Shown here one piece after another: positions 1-10,520 of a stretch of DNA of 21,395 bases. The notes below the pieces were generated by a model, which was not told the origin of the DNA, made no database searches, and saw only the letters and a program-made list of their open reading frames with translations. Location of the stretch: NCBI RefSeq assembly GCF_006345805.1, contig NW_021823773.1, forward strand, positions 1 through 21,395, read 5' to 3'. Position 1 is the first letter of the stretch, and the number at the start of each line of letters is the position of its first letter. Both the position numbers and the translations under genes were made by a program. This DNA comes from Octopus sinensis (taxonomy: Eukaryota).

Positions 1-231
1 CTTCTCATCATCATCATCTTCATCATCATCATCGTAATTAGATAGCCATTTCGACATTCCATGGAACCAATATATTTAGAAACCAGAAAGAAACTGGGAC
101 TAAAATATCTGACCAAATCTTTTTTTTTGTTATTGTTTTTCTGTTGTTGTTGTTGTTGTTAATGCTCGAGTGTGTTTTCTTTAAAATCCAAACCCATCAT
201 CACCTCATCAACAAACATCATCACCATTAAC

Positions 232-287
<56 letters not shown>

Positions 288-677
288 CATGAAGAAAAAA
301 AATGCTTTCTAATTGATGTATCAGTACCGGCAGTGACAACGTGTCTCTAAAAGAATGAGAAACTCTCAAAATACAAAGACCTGGAAATAGAGGTAACTAG
401 AATGTGGAATCTGAAAACAGAAACAATTCCTATCATAGTAGGTGCATTAGGCATGATAAAAAAATATTCAGACAAATACATAACAAAAACACCAGGACTT
501 ACAAACACATATAACATACAGAAAATTGCACTACTAGGCACTGCACACATCCTACGCAGAACACTTTCCATACAATAACCATCAGAGCATCACAACAAAT
601 CACAGCACATACCCAAGGCACACAGAGCTGCGCTCGGTAGTGAAGTGAAAGCACGCTATAAGACAAATAATAATAAT
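288..677 (+). mobile_element. 5'-truncated 3' end of an R2-superfamily (Dong/R4-like) non-LTR retrotransposon, restriction-like endonuclease domain remnant
   Basis: Frameshifted translation KCFLIDVSVPA..NVSLKE/EKLSKYKDLEIEVTRMWNLKTETIPIIVGALGMIKK...IQKIALLGTAHILRRTLSIQ* (stop 576-578), then a short 3' UTR and a TAA tail. (TAA)n lies on both sides. Confidence 0.8.
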
Positions 678-859
678 GTCTTTATTATCTACAAGGGTTT
701 ATATGAAGAAAAATATTATGGACAGTACAGGACACAACAAAGAATGTGTGTATGTGTGTGTGTGTGTGTGTGTGTATGTGTGTGTGTGTGTATGTGTGTG
801 TGTTAGTGTGTGTTGTTGTGAGAATTTTGCGTGTAAACAATAGTAACAAATTTTTTTTA

Positions 860-1278
860 ATCCACAACGTGTAATCTTCAATAGGGAGGGCTGCTCAAGG
901 AAAAACCCCATAAAAAAAACCATGTGTACTCTGACTTTTGTAGCAGGTACCTTTTTATTTTTATTTTCCTTTTTTCCAACTACAGGCGTATGTTCACTCG
1001 CACCATTTCCGCCATTTTTATCCACCTTTCAGCAAACTGGCCAAAAACAACACTTCCCCCTCTTCGCTTATTTTCGTTTTCAAGTGAAACTTGAAGAAGT
1101 CGATCAAGGATTGGCCAAAGAGAAAGGTGTTAGTCTTCAGCCCCTTCAATCTCGTCCACCGTACAATCCCTTTCGCCATGGCCACCAGGCGTATAATCAC
1201 AGCCTTTCTTTCCCGGTTAAAGGAAGGCGGTGGATCGATCTCCACGATGGATTCATTTGACAACCGGATCCGTCGCAC
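860..1278 (-). mobile_element. 3' end remnant of an L1-clade (Tx1-like) LINE ORF2 plus 3' UTR
   Basis: Minus-strand translation ..VIIRLVAMAKGIVRWTRLKGLKTNTFLFGQSLIDFFKFHLKTKI.. continues after a frameshift as FAERWIKMAEMVRVNIRL* (stop at 980-982). This resembles the post-RT 'LAK..IW..R........F....W' C-terminus of Tx1-like elements. Recognised from memory. Confidence 0.6.
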
Positions 1279-1284
1279 ATGCGA

Positions 1285-1401
1285 TAATGATAATAATAAT
1301 AATAATAACCATTATCACCCAACCACCACCATCACTACTATTATGATGATTACCATCATCATCATCATCATCATCAACAATATCATCAACAATATCAACA
1401 A

Positions 1402-1437
<36 letters not shown>

Positions 1438-1640
1438 ATCATCATCAACAACAACAACATCGTCATCGTCACCACCGCCACATCCACCTAAAGCTAAAGC
1501 CATTGCTATCATCGACCATTCTATTCTTGACTTTATTCCTCACCCCACCATTCCACCACCATCCATCCATCCCTACAACTCTACCATCGCCACCGCCAAC
1601 GATTCCAAAACCACCACTACCACCACCACCACAATCCATC
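1285..1640. repeat. Compound trinucleotide microsatellite (TAA/CAT/CAA/CAC)
   Basis: Directly visible; the source of the poly-I/T/H/P ORFs. Confidence 0.9.
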
Positions 1641-2148
1641 ATCAAATATTACCTGTTACAATCTCTCATCAGCTGCAATCTATAAAAAGAAATATATGAA
1701 TGTTTTAAGACAAATCTCTCTCTCTCTCTTTCTCGTATTCATATGTTGATATTTATATAAATACATACATATATACACTTACACATGTATACATACATAC
1801 AAACCTGGATGCATCCATATATATATATATATATATATATATACGTGTGTATGTATACTAAGTTCTGTATATCTATGTGTGTGTCAGTGTGCATGCGTGT
1901 ATAGTTACGCACACACGCACACACATACACTTACACATACACACACACATACACTCAGAGTGAGTGATTCTAGCACCGAGACGTTCGTGCATTGGCACCT
2001 ATCAAGCTCTGACTTCTGCCGATTAAAAATAAAAATTGTATTTACTCATGTTTTGAATTTTTTCCTGTTGTATCACCAAACACACACACACGCATATGCG
2101 TGTATATATATGCATATATATATGTATGTATATATATATGTATACATA

Positions 2149-2350
2149 GTTAATCCAAACATGAAAACACAAAGAGAAAACACAACAACGCGAGGACGTG
2201 GAACAAGTATAGTATTATTGGATCTCAGGGAGAAAAGAAAGAAGGAGGATTTAACGTTTCGAGCGGAGCTCTTCGTCAGAAACATAGGAAAAGGAAAGAT
2301 CCAGAAAAGAGAAGACGGAGGGAAAAATTCGCCAACAGTACACACGCGAG
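2149..2350 (-). mobile_element. Short non-coding interspersed element with a hammerhead-like motif (Penelope-like or retrozyme-like), next to a (TA)/(CA) tract
   Basis: Shares 'TTTAACGTTTCGAGC...GCTCTTC..CAGAAA' and an upstream 'TA.TATGG..CTCAGG'-like motif with 16349-16500. Boundaries are approximate. Confidence 0.5.
2249..2283 (-). ncRNA. Minimal type I hammerhead ribozyme motif
   Basis: Minus strand reads GUUU-CUGACGA-A-GAGC-UCC-GCUC-GAAA-CGU-U-AAAU. It has an intact core with one extra A after A9, a 4-bp stem II, a palindromic ACGU stem III, a GUU cleavage triplet and a 4-bp stem I. Confidence 0.6.
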
Positions 2351-3414
2351 AACACCGAATACTGCGTTGTTTACCGAGAGAGGATCTAGATTATGTTTTC
2401 ATAATAAGCTTTCTGTCGATTTGCGACATCATCCCTGAAAAGATACTGAAATCATTGACAATGAGATGCGGCTGTTATGCCGCTACCGGACGTCTGTCAC
2501 TGACGAGTTCGGGCCGGTCGAAATGACGCGACGTGGTAGTCTCGACGCCTGTAGCTGACGATTTTCGACTACCAACGATACAAATGAGTGCACCAAGCTC
2601 AAAATGAATTACGCAATATTCGGTGATCTGTTGTATTGTGAAACCGCATACCCCACCCGGTAAATAGTAGTAGGAGTCAGCTATTATAAATAGACCAGTA
2701 GCCAGTCGTCAAGAGATGGTCAAGAATCGAAGAGTTGGAGGTCGACAACTCTAGTCGATATCTTGTGGAGCTTATAAGCTTTAAACATATGAAATACTAC
2801 TATTATTATTTACAGATATTTGTCTATGTACATACAAATGTAGGCGTAACAGTCTCATTTTGTACATAAAGGAGTTATACAAGTCTGTAAACACATTGAG
2901 AAGGAAATAGAACCAATTTGTACACTCATTCATTCAATGAAAGATTAATTTATTTGTCCTATTTGCTTTGGAAATTAATTGATCGTAGATCAGAGCTTCC
3001 TCCGATAGCATGGAACGTTGCAGACAGAGCTTCTCCATAATATAAGAGAAGACAAAAGTGTAGACTATGCTAAACTCGAATAACCGAAAATATCACTGAA
3101 AAAAAAGGTCTGAGATATTGTCCATCTGCCGACACCAGACAAGAAAGCATTTCTTCGTATAACTTGTACAGAACCTCGGTGACCCATGCATAGTCATCTG
3201 AGTCGACGCATCATGATTAATGCTAAATAAACCCCACCCATCCTTGACACCTGAACGTCAAAGCTAAGTACTCTCTTCCACAACGCCATAACCAGAAGCG
3301 ACACCTTTATCTTCAGGATACACCACAAACACATATACACATACAGGCACGCACCCTCACAGAAACCCACAGACTCACTCATAGATATACACACGCATAC
3401 ATCTCTTTACAACC

Positions 3415-3790
3415 ATGTCATCTTCCGTTTTATTTCTTACTCTTCACTCTTTCTTCTCCTCCCTCTTCTTGCATCGTTTTCTTTTTCTCCCTTTTTCCTT
3501 CCTAGTCTTCACTTCCTTTCCATCTCCTCCTTCTCCTCTTTCTTTTTTCCTCTACCTTCCCATCTCTCCCCTTCCCCCTCTCTCTCTCATTCCCGTTCTT
3601 GTCTTTCCTGTCTTTTCATCCATTTTTGTCTCCTTCCTTCCGTCTTCTTTCCCTCGCTTTGCGCCATTACCCTTCTCCTTCTCTTACGTCTACCCTCTCC
3701 TACAACATCTTCCTCTCCTTCTTCCCCTTCTACTAAAGCACCCCAGCACCCCCACCTCCTCCTCCTCTCCTCTATTTCCACCATTCATTA
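3415..3790. repeat. Long polypyrimidine (CT-rich) low-complexity tract
   Basis: About 370 nt, mostly C/T on the + strand. Confidence 0.85.
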
Positions 3791-3994
3791 AGACACTAAT
3801 GTGACCGACGGATAACATCTCTTCGGTTGGTGTTTATCTGATCACGTGATTTATATTCACTGATCACTGTTGATAGAGTGAGTGTGAAGGGTGGGGAGGA
3901 GGAAGCGGGATGGTGGTGGTGGTGGTAGTAAGGCTTCTGGAAGCACAACAGACACACTTGGTATCTATCTATCTATCTGTCTGTCTGTCTGACT

Positions 3995-4326
3995 ATCTAT
4001 CCATGTATGAATGTATTTATGTATGTTTGTATGTATGTATGTTTGTATGTGTGTATGTATGCATGCATGTATGTATGTATGTATGTATGTATGTATGTAT
4101 GTATGTATGTATGTATGCATGCATGTATATATGTATGTATGTATGAATGTATGTATGTATGTATGTATGCATGTATGTATGTATGAATATATGTGTGTAT
4201 GTATGTATGCATGTATGTATGTATGAATGTATGTATGTATGAATGTATGTATGTATGAATGTATGTATGTATGTATGAATGTATGTATGTATGAATGTAT
4301 GTATGCATGTATGTATGTGTGTGTAG

Positions 4327-4357
<31 letters not shown>

Positions 4358-4610
4358 GTATGTATGTATGAATGTATGTATGTAAGTATGTATGTATGTA
4401 TGTGTGTATGTATGTATGTGTGTATGTATGTATGCATGTATGTATGCATGTATGTATGTATGTATGAATGTATGTATGCATGTATGTATGTGTGTGTATG
4501 TATGTATGTATGTATGTATGAATGTATGTATGTATTATGTATGTATACACGTATGTATGTATGTATGTATGTATCCGTCTATCTATCTATTTGTCTGTCT
4601 GTCTGTCTGT
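3995..4610. repeat. (TATG)n tetranucleotide array with variants, ending in TCTA/TCTG
   Basis: Directly visible; the source of the MYVC/HTYI ORFs. Confidence 0.95.
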
Positions 4611-4873
4611 ATAAACGTATGTGTACATTGGAAGCTGCTTATTGGTATCACTTTGGGAGGGAGTCCTTTGGTAATGCAAATAAGGAACTTTGAGTCTCAC
4701 CAACTTTGATAATTAGCTGTCTATACGTACATGCATACTCACACTCATATATCTTTGTGTCTGCCCTTTATATTCTCTCCCTCTGCCCCTCTCTCACTAT
4801 CCATCCCTCTCTCTCTCTTTATCTATCTATCTATCTATCTATCTACTATCTATCTATATATATATATATATAT

Positions 4874-5062
4874 ATAACATAAGGGACTAAAGCCATCTGA
4901 ATATGGCTAGGGACAGGGCAGGGTGGTGGGGGTGTTACTGTTGCATTTAGCAACAGTAACACCCCCACCCACCTGCCCTGTCCCTAGCCATATTCAGATG
5001 GCTTTAGTCCCTTATGTTATGGAGCAGTTACTGTCTATATCTCATTTAGAGAATTATTATTG

Positions 5063-5065
<3 letters not shown>
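4874..5065. mobile_element. Fold-back copy of the (TA)n-embedded element family also found at 17899-18715
   Basis: 71-bp arms 4874-4944 and 4950-5020 (2 mismatches) around the loop ATTTA. The family tail GAGCAGTTACTG...ATTATTGC continues to about 5063. (TA)n lies on both sides. Confidence 0.85.
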
Positions 5066-5096
<31 letters not shown>

Positions 5097-5239
5097 TAAC
5101 GATGGAAGTAAACAATGTTTGCTTTTTAGTAGCGTTGCGATGTATTGAAAGATACAGGAATAATTAATTCTCAAAGACAGAATAATGCTCACAGAATACC
5201 AGGAACAGAATAAAATATCCATACTTTTGCAGAAAAATA

Positions 5240-5478
5240 GGCGGCGAGCTGGCAGAAACGTTAGCGCGCCGGGCGAAATGCTTGGCGGTATTTCGTCTGC
5301 CGCTACGTTCTGAGTTCAAATTCCGCCGAGGTCGACTTTGCCTTTCATCCTTTCGGGGTCGATTAAATAAAGTACCAGTTACGCACTGGGGTCGATGTAA
5401 TCGACGTAATCCCTTTGTCTGTCCTTGTTTGTCCCCTCTATGTTTAGCCCCTTGTGGGCAATGAAGAAATAAGAAAAA
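5240..5478 (+). mobile_element. Full-length tRNA-derived SINE (family A)
   Basis: Head GGCGGCGAGCTGGCAGAA, B-box-like GAGTTCAAATTCC, central GTCGACTTTGCCTTTCATCCTTTCGGGGTCGAT...AGTACCAG domain and A-rich tail. Homologous copies at 5972-6117, 13300-13860 and 20938-21395. Confidence 0.85.
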
Positions 5479-5499
5479 TCTGCCAGCGACCATCCATGA

Positions 5500-5550
5500 G
5501 ACTCCCTGTGATTACCGGTCACAGTGCTTTACCATTAAGCTAAACTGCCC
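5500..5550 (-). mobile_element. Truncated tRNA-like head fragment (probable SINE remnant)
   Basis: Minus strand GGGCAGTTTAGCTTAATGGTAAAAGCA-CTGTGA-CCGGTAA-TCACAG gives a D-arm-like segment and an anticodon-like hairpin, but no T arm or acceptor stem. Confidence 0.4.
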
Positions 5551-5971
5551 TCAGACAAATTAATCTGCAATATTTGAGCTTATAAATCTAGCTTTATAAG
5601 ATGCTGATTTTGAATATAAATTATACGTATTCACAAGTTAATACCATTTTAAGAATATACTGGTGGATTCCTAACATAACTCAATTCTAAAAGATATTTC
5701 CACCCTTCTTCCGTTCTTCCATACGTTTAACAGAATTTACACTACAATTAAGCCAGATCGAAGCTGGCTTTAATAGACTCTACCATTCTTATGAGGCTCA
5801 ATAAGACCGAAGCATTTAGCGAAATTATTCCACTTACTTGCAGACGAAGGCCTCAACATGTTCTCCTTACCAGAGAATGATTTGACATAATACTGGTTTG
5901 AGAAGCCTACTCTGTCACACTAGCTCGCCATGGTCCGCCAGAGACGTGCAGTCTTTTATACTAATACCATG

Positions 5972-6117
5972 AGTAGTTAGGTCGATTCAATCAACTGGTA
6001 CTTATTTTATCGATCTTAAATGGGTGAAAGGTAAAGTCGACCTCGGCGGAATTTGAACTCGGAACGTAAAGACGAACGAATCACTGCTAAGCATTTCGAT
6101 TCAGCCACCTCACCGCG
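5972..6117 (-). mobile_element. Decayed SINE family A copy
   Basis: Contains GAAAGGTAAAGTCGACCTCGGCGGAATTTGAACTCGGAACGTA, the reverse complement of the family A core at about 5305-5345. Confidence 0.65.
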
Positions 6118-6630
6118 TTTGAATTAATTTAGTGAAATGAACTTTTACGTTTTCCAAATTATCTCCCTTTTTCGTCTGTAATATTAAAAATTAAAAGCAA
6201 AAACATTGCCACGAGGCGTTTGTTTTTCTAATGAGGAAAATTTTAATTAACTGAGAATGTTTTATGTACATGGTTCATTACGTCACATGGTAAATCTTAT
6301 GCGTAGGTAAATCGTTTTAATGCCCGTATTGGGAAGCAGAATTAATTATTTTCATGAAAACCTCTTCAATTTTGAAGTTCTCCAACTTTGTTACCAACAC
6401 AAATTATTGATTCTACTAAACTCCGTACAGTAACTCCCACCACTCTTGTGGGGCCTTCAGGCTAAATTTAACAATTTACATGTATCATCGCGATTTAGTT
6501 TTAATAATTGAAGGTTTTCTTATCAGATAACCAACAACGTGTCCAGTTAGTATAATGGAAACTTCAAGAACAATAAAATACGCCACATGTCCCATGATGT
6601 ACATGTTTGATAATCTTATCTCTGTTTCCC

Positions 6631-6708
<78 letters not shown>

Positions 6709-6711
6709 AAG

Positions 6712-6910
6712 TCTTATTTTTATCACATGCTTTCCCTGCGATGCTGAGCGCAGCTCTGTGTGCCTTGGATATGTGCAGTGGTTTGTTGTGGTGCTCTTAT
6801 TTTTACTGTATTGAAAGTGTTTTACGTAGGATGTGTGCGGTACCTAGTGGTGATATTTTCTGTATGTTATATACATTCGTAAGTCCTGATGTTTTGTCTT
6901 TTGTTTTTAT
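6712..6910 (-). mobile_element. Second Dong/R4-like 3' end, inverted relative to 288-677
   Basis: Reverse-complement homology to about 480-665 (GAGCGCAGCTCTGTGTGCCTTGG; GAAAGTGTT..CGTAGGATGTGTGC). Abuts (TTA)n at 6630-6705. Confidence 0.75.
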
Positions 6911-7150
6911 TATTCTTCTTTAAACTCAGGTTTTGTTGGTACACCTGGAATCTTGAAAGCGTAGCAGGTATGCCACCTCAGTGTACGGTGCCATGCTATC
7001 TGTTCTTTTTAACTATTTAATGCTTTATTTGCTAACTCTGGCACTGTCAAGGACGCAAACATTTTGCATCAGCTCTTCTGAGTACTGTAATCACCCGTTT
7101 TCTTTATTATCATTATTATTATTATTATTATTATTATCATTTTTTTTCAG

Positions 7151-7261
7151 CCGTGTGCCTCGAGGCGATTGGAGAAGCAAAAGTGGAGTGGATGACTTCC
7201 AGTGATATTCAAGCTTCTGATGAAGAAGTCTTTAACTACACCACAGTTTTACCTGTGAAAG
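7151..7261 (+). CDS. Internal exon of an alpha-arrestin (arrestin domain-containing, ARRDC-like) gene, arrestin-N domain; missed by the ORF track
   Basis: Acceptor tttttttcAG at 7141-7150 and donor G|GTAAGT at 7261/7262. 111 nt, phase 1 to phase 1. Translates (x)VCLEAIGEAKVEWMTSSDIQASDEEVFNYTTVLPVK(G), resembling the arrestin-N segment 'G.AKV.W.....S..E.YF..T..L.G'. The terminal G plus GT of the next exon forms Gly. Confidence 0.85.
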
Positions 7262-7399
7262 GTAAGTGCACCGAATGCCCCCCTCTTTTTGTTTTATTTA
7301 GGAATTAATCAAAGAGGGTTAGAAAGGGTAACATTCATGACCCTTTATAGGATCTCGCAGTCTGGTCAGAATAAGAAAGGAAGATGTCTTCAGACCCTA

Positions 7400-7581
7400 A
7401 ACTTGACTGGAAAACGGATGGCGCTGGAGGGAGCGACTGTGCAAGTCCTTCCGGTCAACAGGTTGCATGATCAGTGGTGAGGTGTATTTTCGATGCCCAG
7501 TTTAATAGGAGAGCCCTACACGAGATCAGAGTAAAGTCGACCCTGGGTGCAGATTTCGTTGGTTGTAGCAAATATTCAAAC
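7400..7581 (+). pseudogene. Decayed fragment of 28S (LSU) rRNA
   Basis: Conserved LSU motifs in the correct order and with plausible spacing: GGATGGCGCTGGAG (7416-7429), GATGCCC...TAGG, GGTGCAGAT (7546-7554) and GTAGCAAATATTCAAAC (7565-7581). The intervening sequence is diverged and the flanks are not rDNA. Confidence 0.65.
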
Positions 7582-8502
7582 ACATTAGACCCCGTTAAAG
7601 GTACCCCGTGGCCAAGTGATGGTGTTTAAAACCAGGCAACGGATGAAGTTTACTACTCATGAAGAGAAACGATTTCTCCGATTCTTTCCCCATGGTTCCG
7701 TCTACCAAATTTCACTCAGGACATTTTTTCTTGACTCGAGATTATGCAAAAAGACACTTACCAAAGTTGGTCCGTTGTGAGATTGAACTTGCAGTCACGT
7801 AGTTGTGATACAAACTTGTCCAGCAAACAACGATGCACGAATCCACAAGTGACCAACCACTGAGTCCAGTCAGGCGCAACTTCTGCCTTGTTGAATTTGT
7901 AACATTTTAAATTGGGACAAATGGTAATTGTGACAGAAATGTGTTACTAGATGGAACCAGTGGAATAATTGTTTGAAAGGTCTTTCGAATCCCATTTGAC
8001 TGTCATTAAGAAAACAGGTGACATATTGATTGATGTCGTCCTTAACACAGAGAAAAAGATGAAGGAATGGCGACGGGTTAAATGTCTTTGAATATAGATC
8101 AACTTCATTAGGAATTAACAAGGGGCTAATTAACACAACCAACAAGAGATGAAGTAGTCCTAGATACACTATGACTTTGACGATTAACCATAAGTCTGTA
8201 ACGTCTCTAATCATACGTTACCCCGATTAGGGTTGATCTAGTCCCAAACTATAAAAGTAACATCCCTCACAAAACACTAAGCATACTCTGTGAGGTTACT
8301 CGACTTTCAGAAATAGCAACCAAATTATCCTCACTTTATGAAGGTTAAGCAATAACAATAATACGTTAAGTAATGCAATGCTCAATACACTATTTAAAAA
8401 AAAAACTCAAGGGTTACGGTTAGGATACCTTTAATTATGCATCCTGCTGGACCAGAGACTAACCAGGGTCTAACAAGAACAAGAACAACAACTCTTTTAC
8501 TC

Positions 8503-8700
8503 CTTTACTTGTTTCAGTCATTTGACTGCGGCCATGCTGGAGCACCGCCTTTAGTCGAGCAAATCGACCCCGGGACTTATTCTTTGTAAGCCCAGTACTT
8601 ATTCTATCGGTCTCTTTTGCCGAACCGTTAAGTGACGGCGACGTAAACACACCAGCATCGGTTGTCAAGCAATGCTAGGGGGACAAACACACACACACAA
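8503..8700 (-). mobile_element. 3' half of SINE family B
   Basis: Reverse complement of 19053-19250 (..GGCGGTGCTCCAGCATGGCC.CAGTCAAATG..GAAACA end). Terminates in the family's internal (CA)n tract about 60 nt before the exon acceptor at 8762. Confidence 0.85.
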
Positions 8701-8762
8701 ACTGTTTATATTTCTCGAAAACCAATTTGTGATTTGAATGTTTTTTTTTGTTTATATTTCAG

Positions 8763-8986
8763 GTGAGAAGGAAGTGGATGAAGCCCTCCTCCACCCCGGT
8801 TCCTACTATTTCCCGTTTGAGTTCAACCTTCCACAACGATTGCCGTCGTCATTCAAAAGTAAACATGGCCGCTTACGCTATTTTGCCAGGATGACCATTT
8901 ATACACCAGACGGGCCCCACCATGAGAGGAAGAGCAAGTTTGCTGTGATAAGTGCTCTAGATTTGAACTCCGAACCCGACGCTGCT
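8763..8986 (+). CDS. Internal exon of the alpha-arrestin (ARRDC-like) gene, end of arrestin-N domain
   Basis: Acceptor tttcAG ending at 8762 and donor GTGAGT at 8987. 224 nt, phase 1 to phase 0. Translates (G)EKEVDEALLHPGSYYFPFEFNLPQRLPSSFKSKHGRLRYFARMTIYTPDGPHHERKSKFAVISALDLNSEPDAA, with the alpha-arrestin hallmarks 'L.PG.Y.FPF.F.LP..LPSSF....G..RY' and 'F.VI..LDLN'. Confidence 0.95.
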
Positions 8987-9039
8987 GTGAGTAAAGATAT
9001 TACATTATAAAGTATAAACTATTTGTTTCGTTTAGTTTT

Positions 9040-9300
9040 ATTTGTAGAGACTTGATGAGACGGGGAGCAATGTCGATGGCCTGTGTAGGTTCTCTGAGAG
9101 CAGGAAGAGTCTTGGCTATTAAAGTTTTGTTAAAACGTTTGGAAGTTAACGGTAAAGACATGATTAGGGAGACCATTCCAGGGGGACGTTGCTCTGGGAA
9201 GAAAGGAATGGGAATAACGGTTATTGCAATAGGAGTGACGGAAGGTGGAATGATGAATGGGTCGAGGTTCCTGAAAGACCAGCCTAGTCTGAAGAACATG
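9040..9300 (-). mobile_element. 3' end remnant of a CR1/L2-group LINE
   Basis: Minus-strand translation RPIHHSTFRHSYCNNRYSHSFLPRATSPWNGLPNHVF...NFQTF resembles the 'SFFPR....WN.LP..VF...N...FK' ORF2 terminus of CR1-group elements. Confidence 0.6.
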
Positions 9301-9669
9301 AACCAGCATAGTAGGGAAAGAAAATACAAAAAGAAAAAAGAAACAGTAATATCGATAGAATACCAAGGCTGTGCAGGGCAGAGGTTGTGAAGCATCAGGG
9401 TGGTGGCGTCGAACGCTCGACCAACGCCTTACAACATTTAGCTACGTCTGTGTAGGTTTTGTGAATTCAAATACGGCCGAAGATAAACTTATCTTTTATT
9501 CTTCCATAAAACAAATACCATTGATTCATGTCCAGAAAATCGCCCGAAACGTTTTTACTGCGCGAAAATGTGCCGAAGGACATTTCACACTAACGGAGAC
9601 ACACGAGCAGACAGTGAACTAAATAACTCATTTTAAAGAAATTACCTTCTTCTAATTGATAAATTGTTG

Positions 9670-9786
9670 AGGTACATGGCCTAGTGGTTAGAGCAGCGGA
9701 ATCGCAGTCGAGGGATCGCGGGTTCGAATCTCAGACTGGGCGATGTACGTGTTTATGAGCGAAACATCTAAGCTCCACGCGGCTCC

Positions 9787-9787
<1 letters not shown>
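9670..9787 (+). mobile_element. tRNA-derived SINE head (third family), followed by (TAT)n
   Basis: Pol III A box TGGCCTAGTGG (9677-9687) and B box GGTTCGAATCT (9721-9731), followed by a non-tRNA body. No proper acceptor stem. Confidence 0.7.
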
Positions 9788-9819
<32 letters not shown>

Positions 9820-10163
9820 GGGAATCACCTGTAGGTTCATTGTTTCGCTCTTCAAAATCTCCTTTGCTCAACCAAGTCCATAATTCCTCTGTACACCCTT
9901 ACCCCCTCTCTGGGTTTTATCTCTCCCTGTTCGCCGTACTTTTTCTTTCACTTCCTCCATCCCTCCCTCCCTCCCTCTCTCTTTCCTTCCCCTCACCTCT
10001 CTCTCTCTCCCCCTCTCACTCGAACATTCCATTCAGTGGTATCTTCCAGATGCACCCTTATTTCTCATATTCCAAACGTTTCCATCACATTTTTATATTT
10101 TATTACTCTTCATATTGACAACAGATGTTACTTACAGCCGTCAGTATCTTGTCCCTCTCCCCG

Positions 10164-10199
<36 letters not shown>

Positions 10200-10434
10200 C
10201 TTTCTACTAGACATTAATCCAGGATTCTTCTCCCCCTACTACTCTCTCTTCAACGCAATACACATGTTCCCCAGATTTTTCTAGCCATATAAAGACCTAA
10301 CACATTCGATGTCGACCAAGGCCGCCATATTAACTAGAGTACTCATAGTATTTAGGCAAAGTAAATATCTCTCTTTCAGAGATTTAGAAATAATAATATT
10401 TCTAGTACTTTTACACACACACACACACACACAC

Positions 10435-10520
<86 letters not shown>

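Noticed and set aside
3997-4709. Multiple 70-177 aa ORFs (MYVC.., HTYI..) and similar ORFs at 1091-1699, 11963-12838, 14208-14878 and 19586-20300
   Set aside because: They are translations of microsatellites that happen to lack stop codons.
7217-7225. CTGATGAAG hammerhead-like core
   Set aside because: It lies within the coding exon (S-D-E codons), with no stem II or GAAA.
7400-7581. Functional rRNA gene
   Set aside because: Only about 180 bp, diverged even near conserved positions, with no rDNA context.
9670-9740. Possible tRNA gene
   Set aside because: A and B boxes are present but there is no acceptor stem, and it continues into a SINE-like body.
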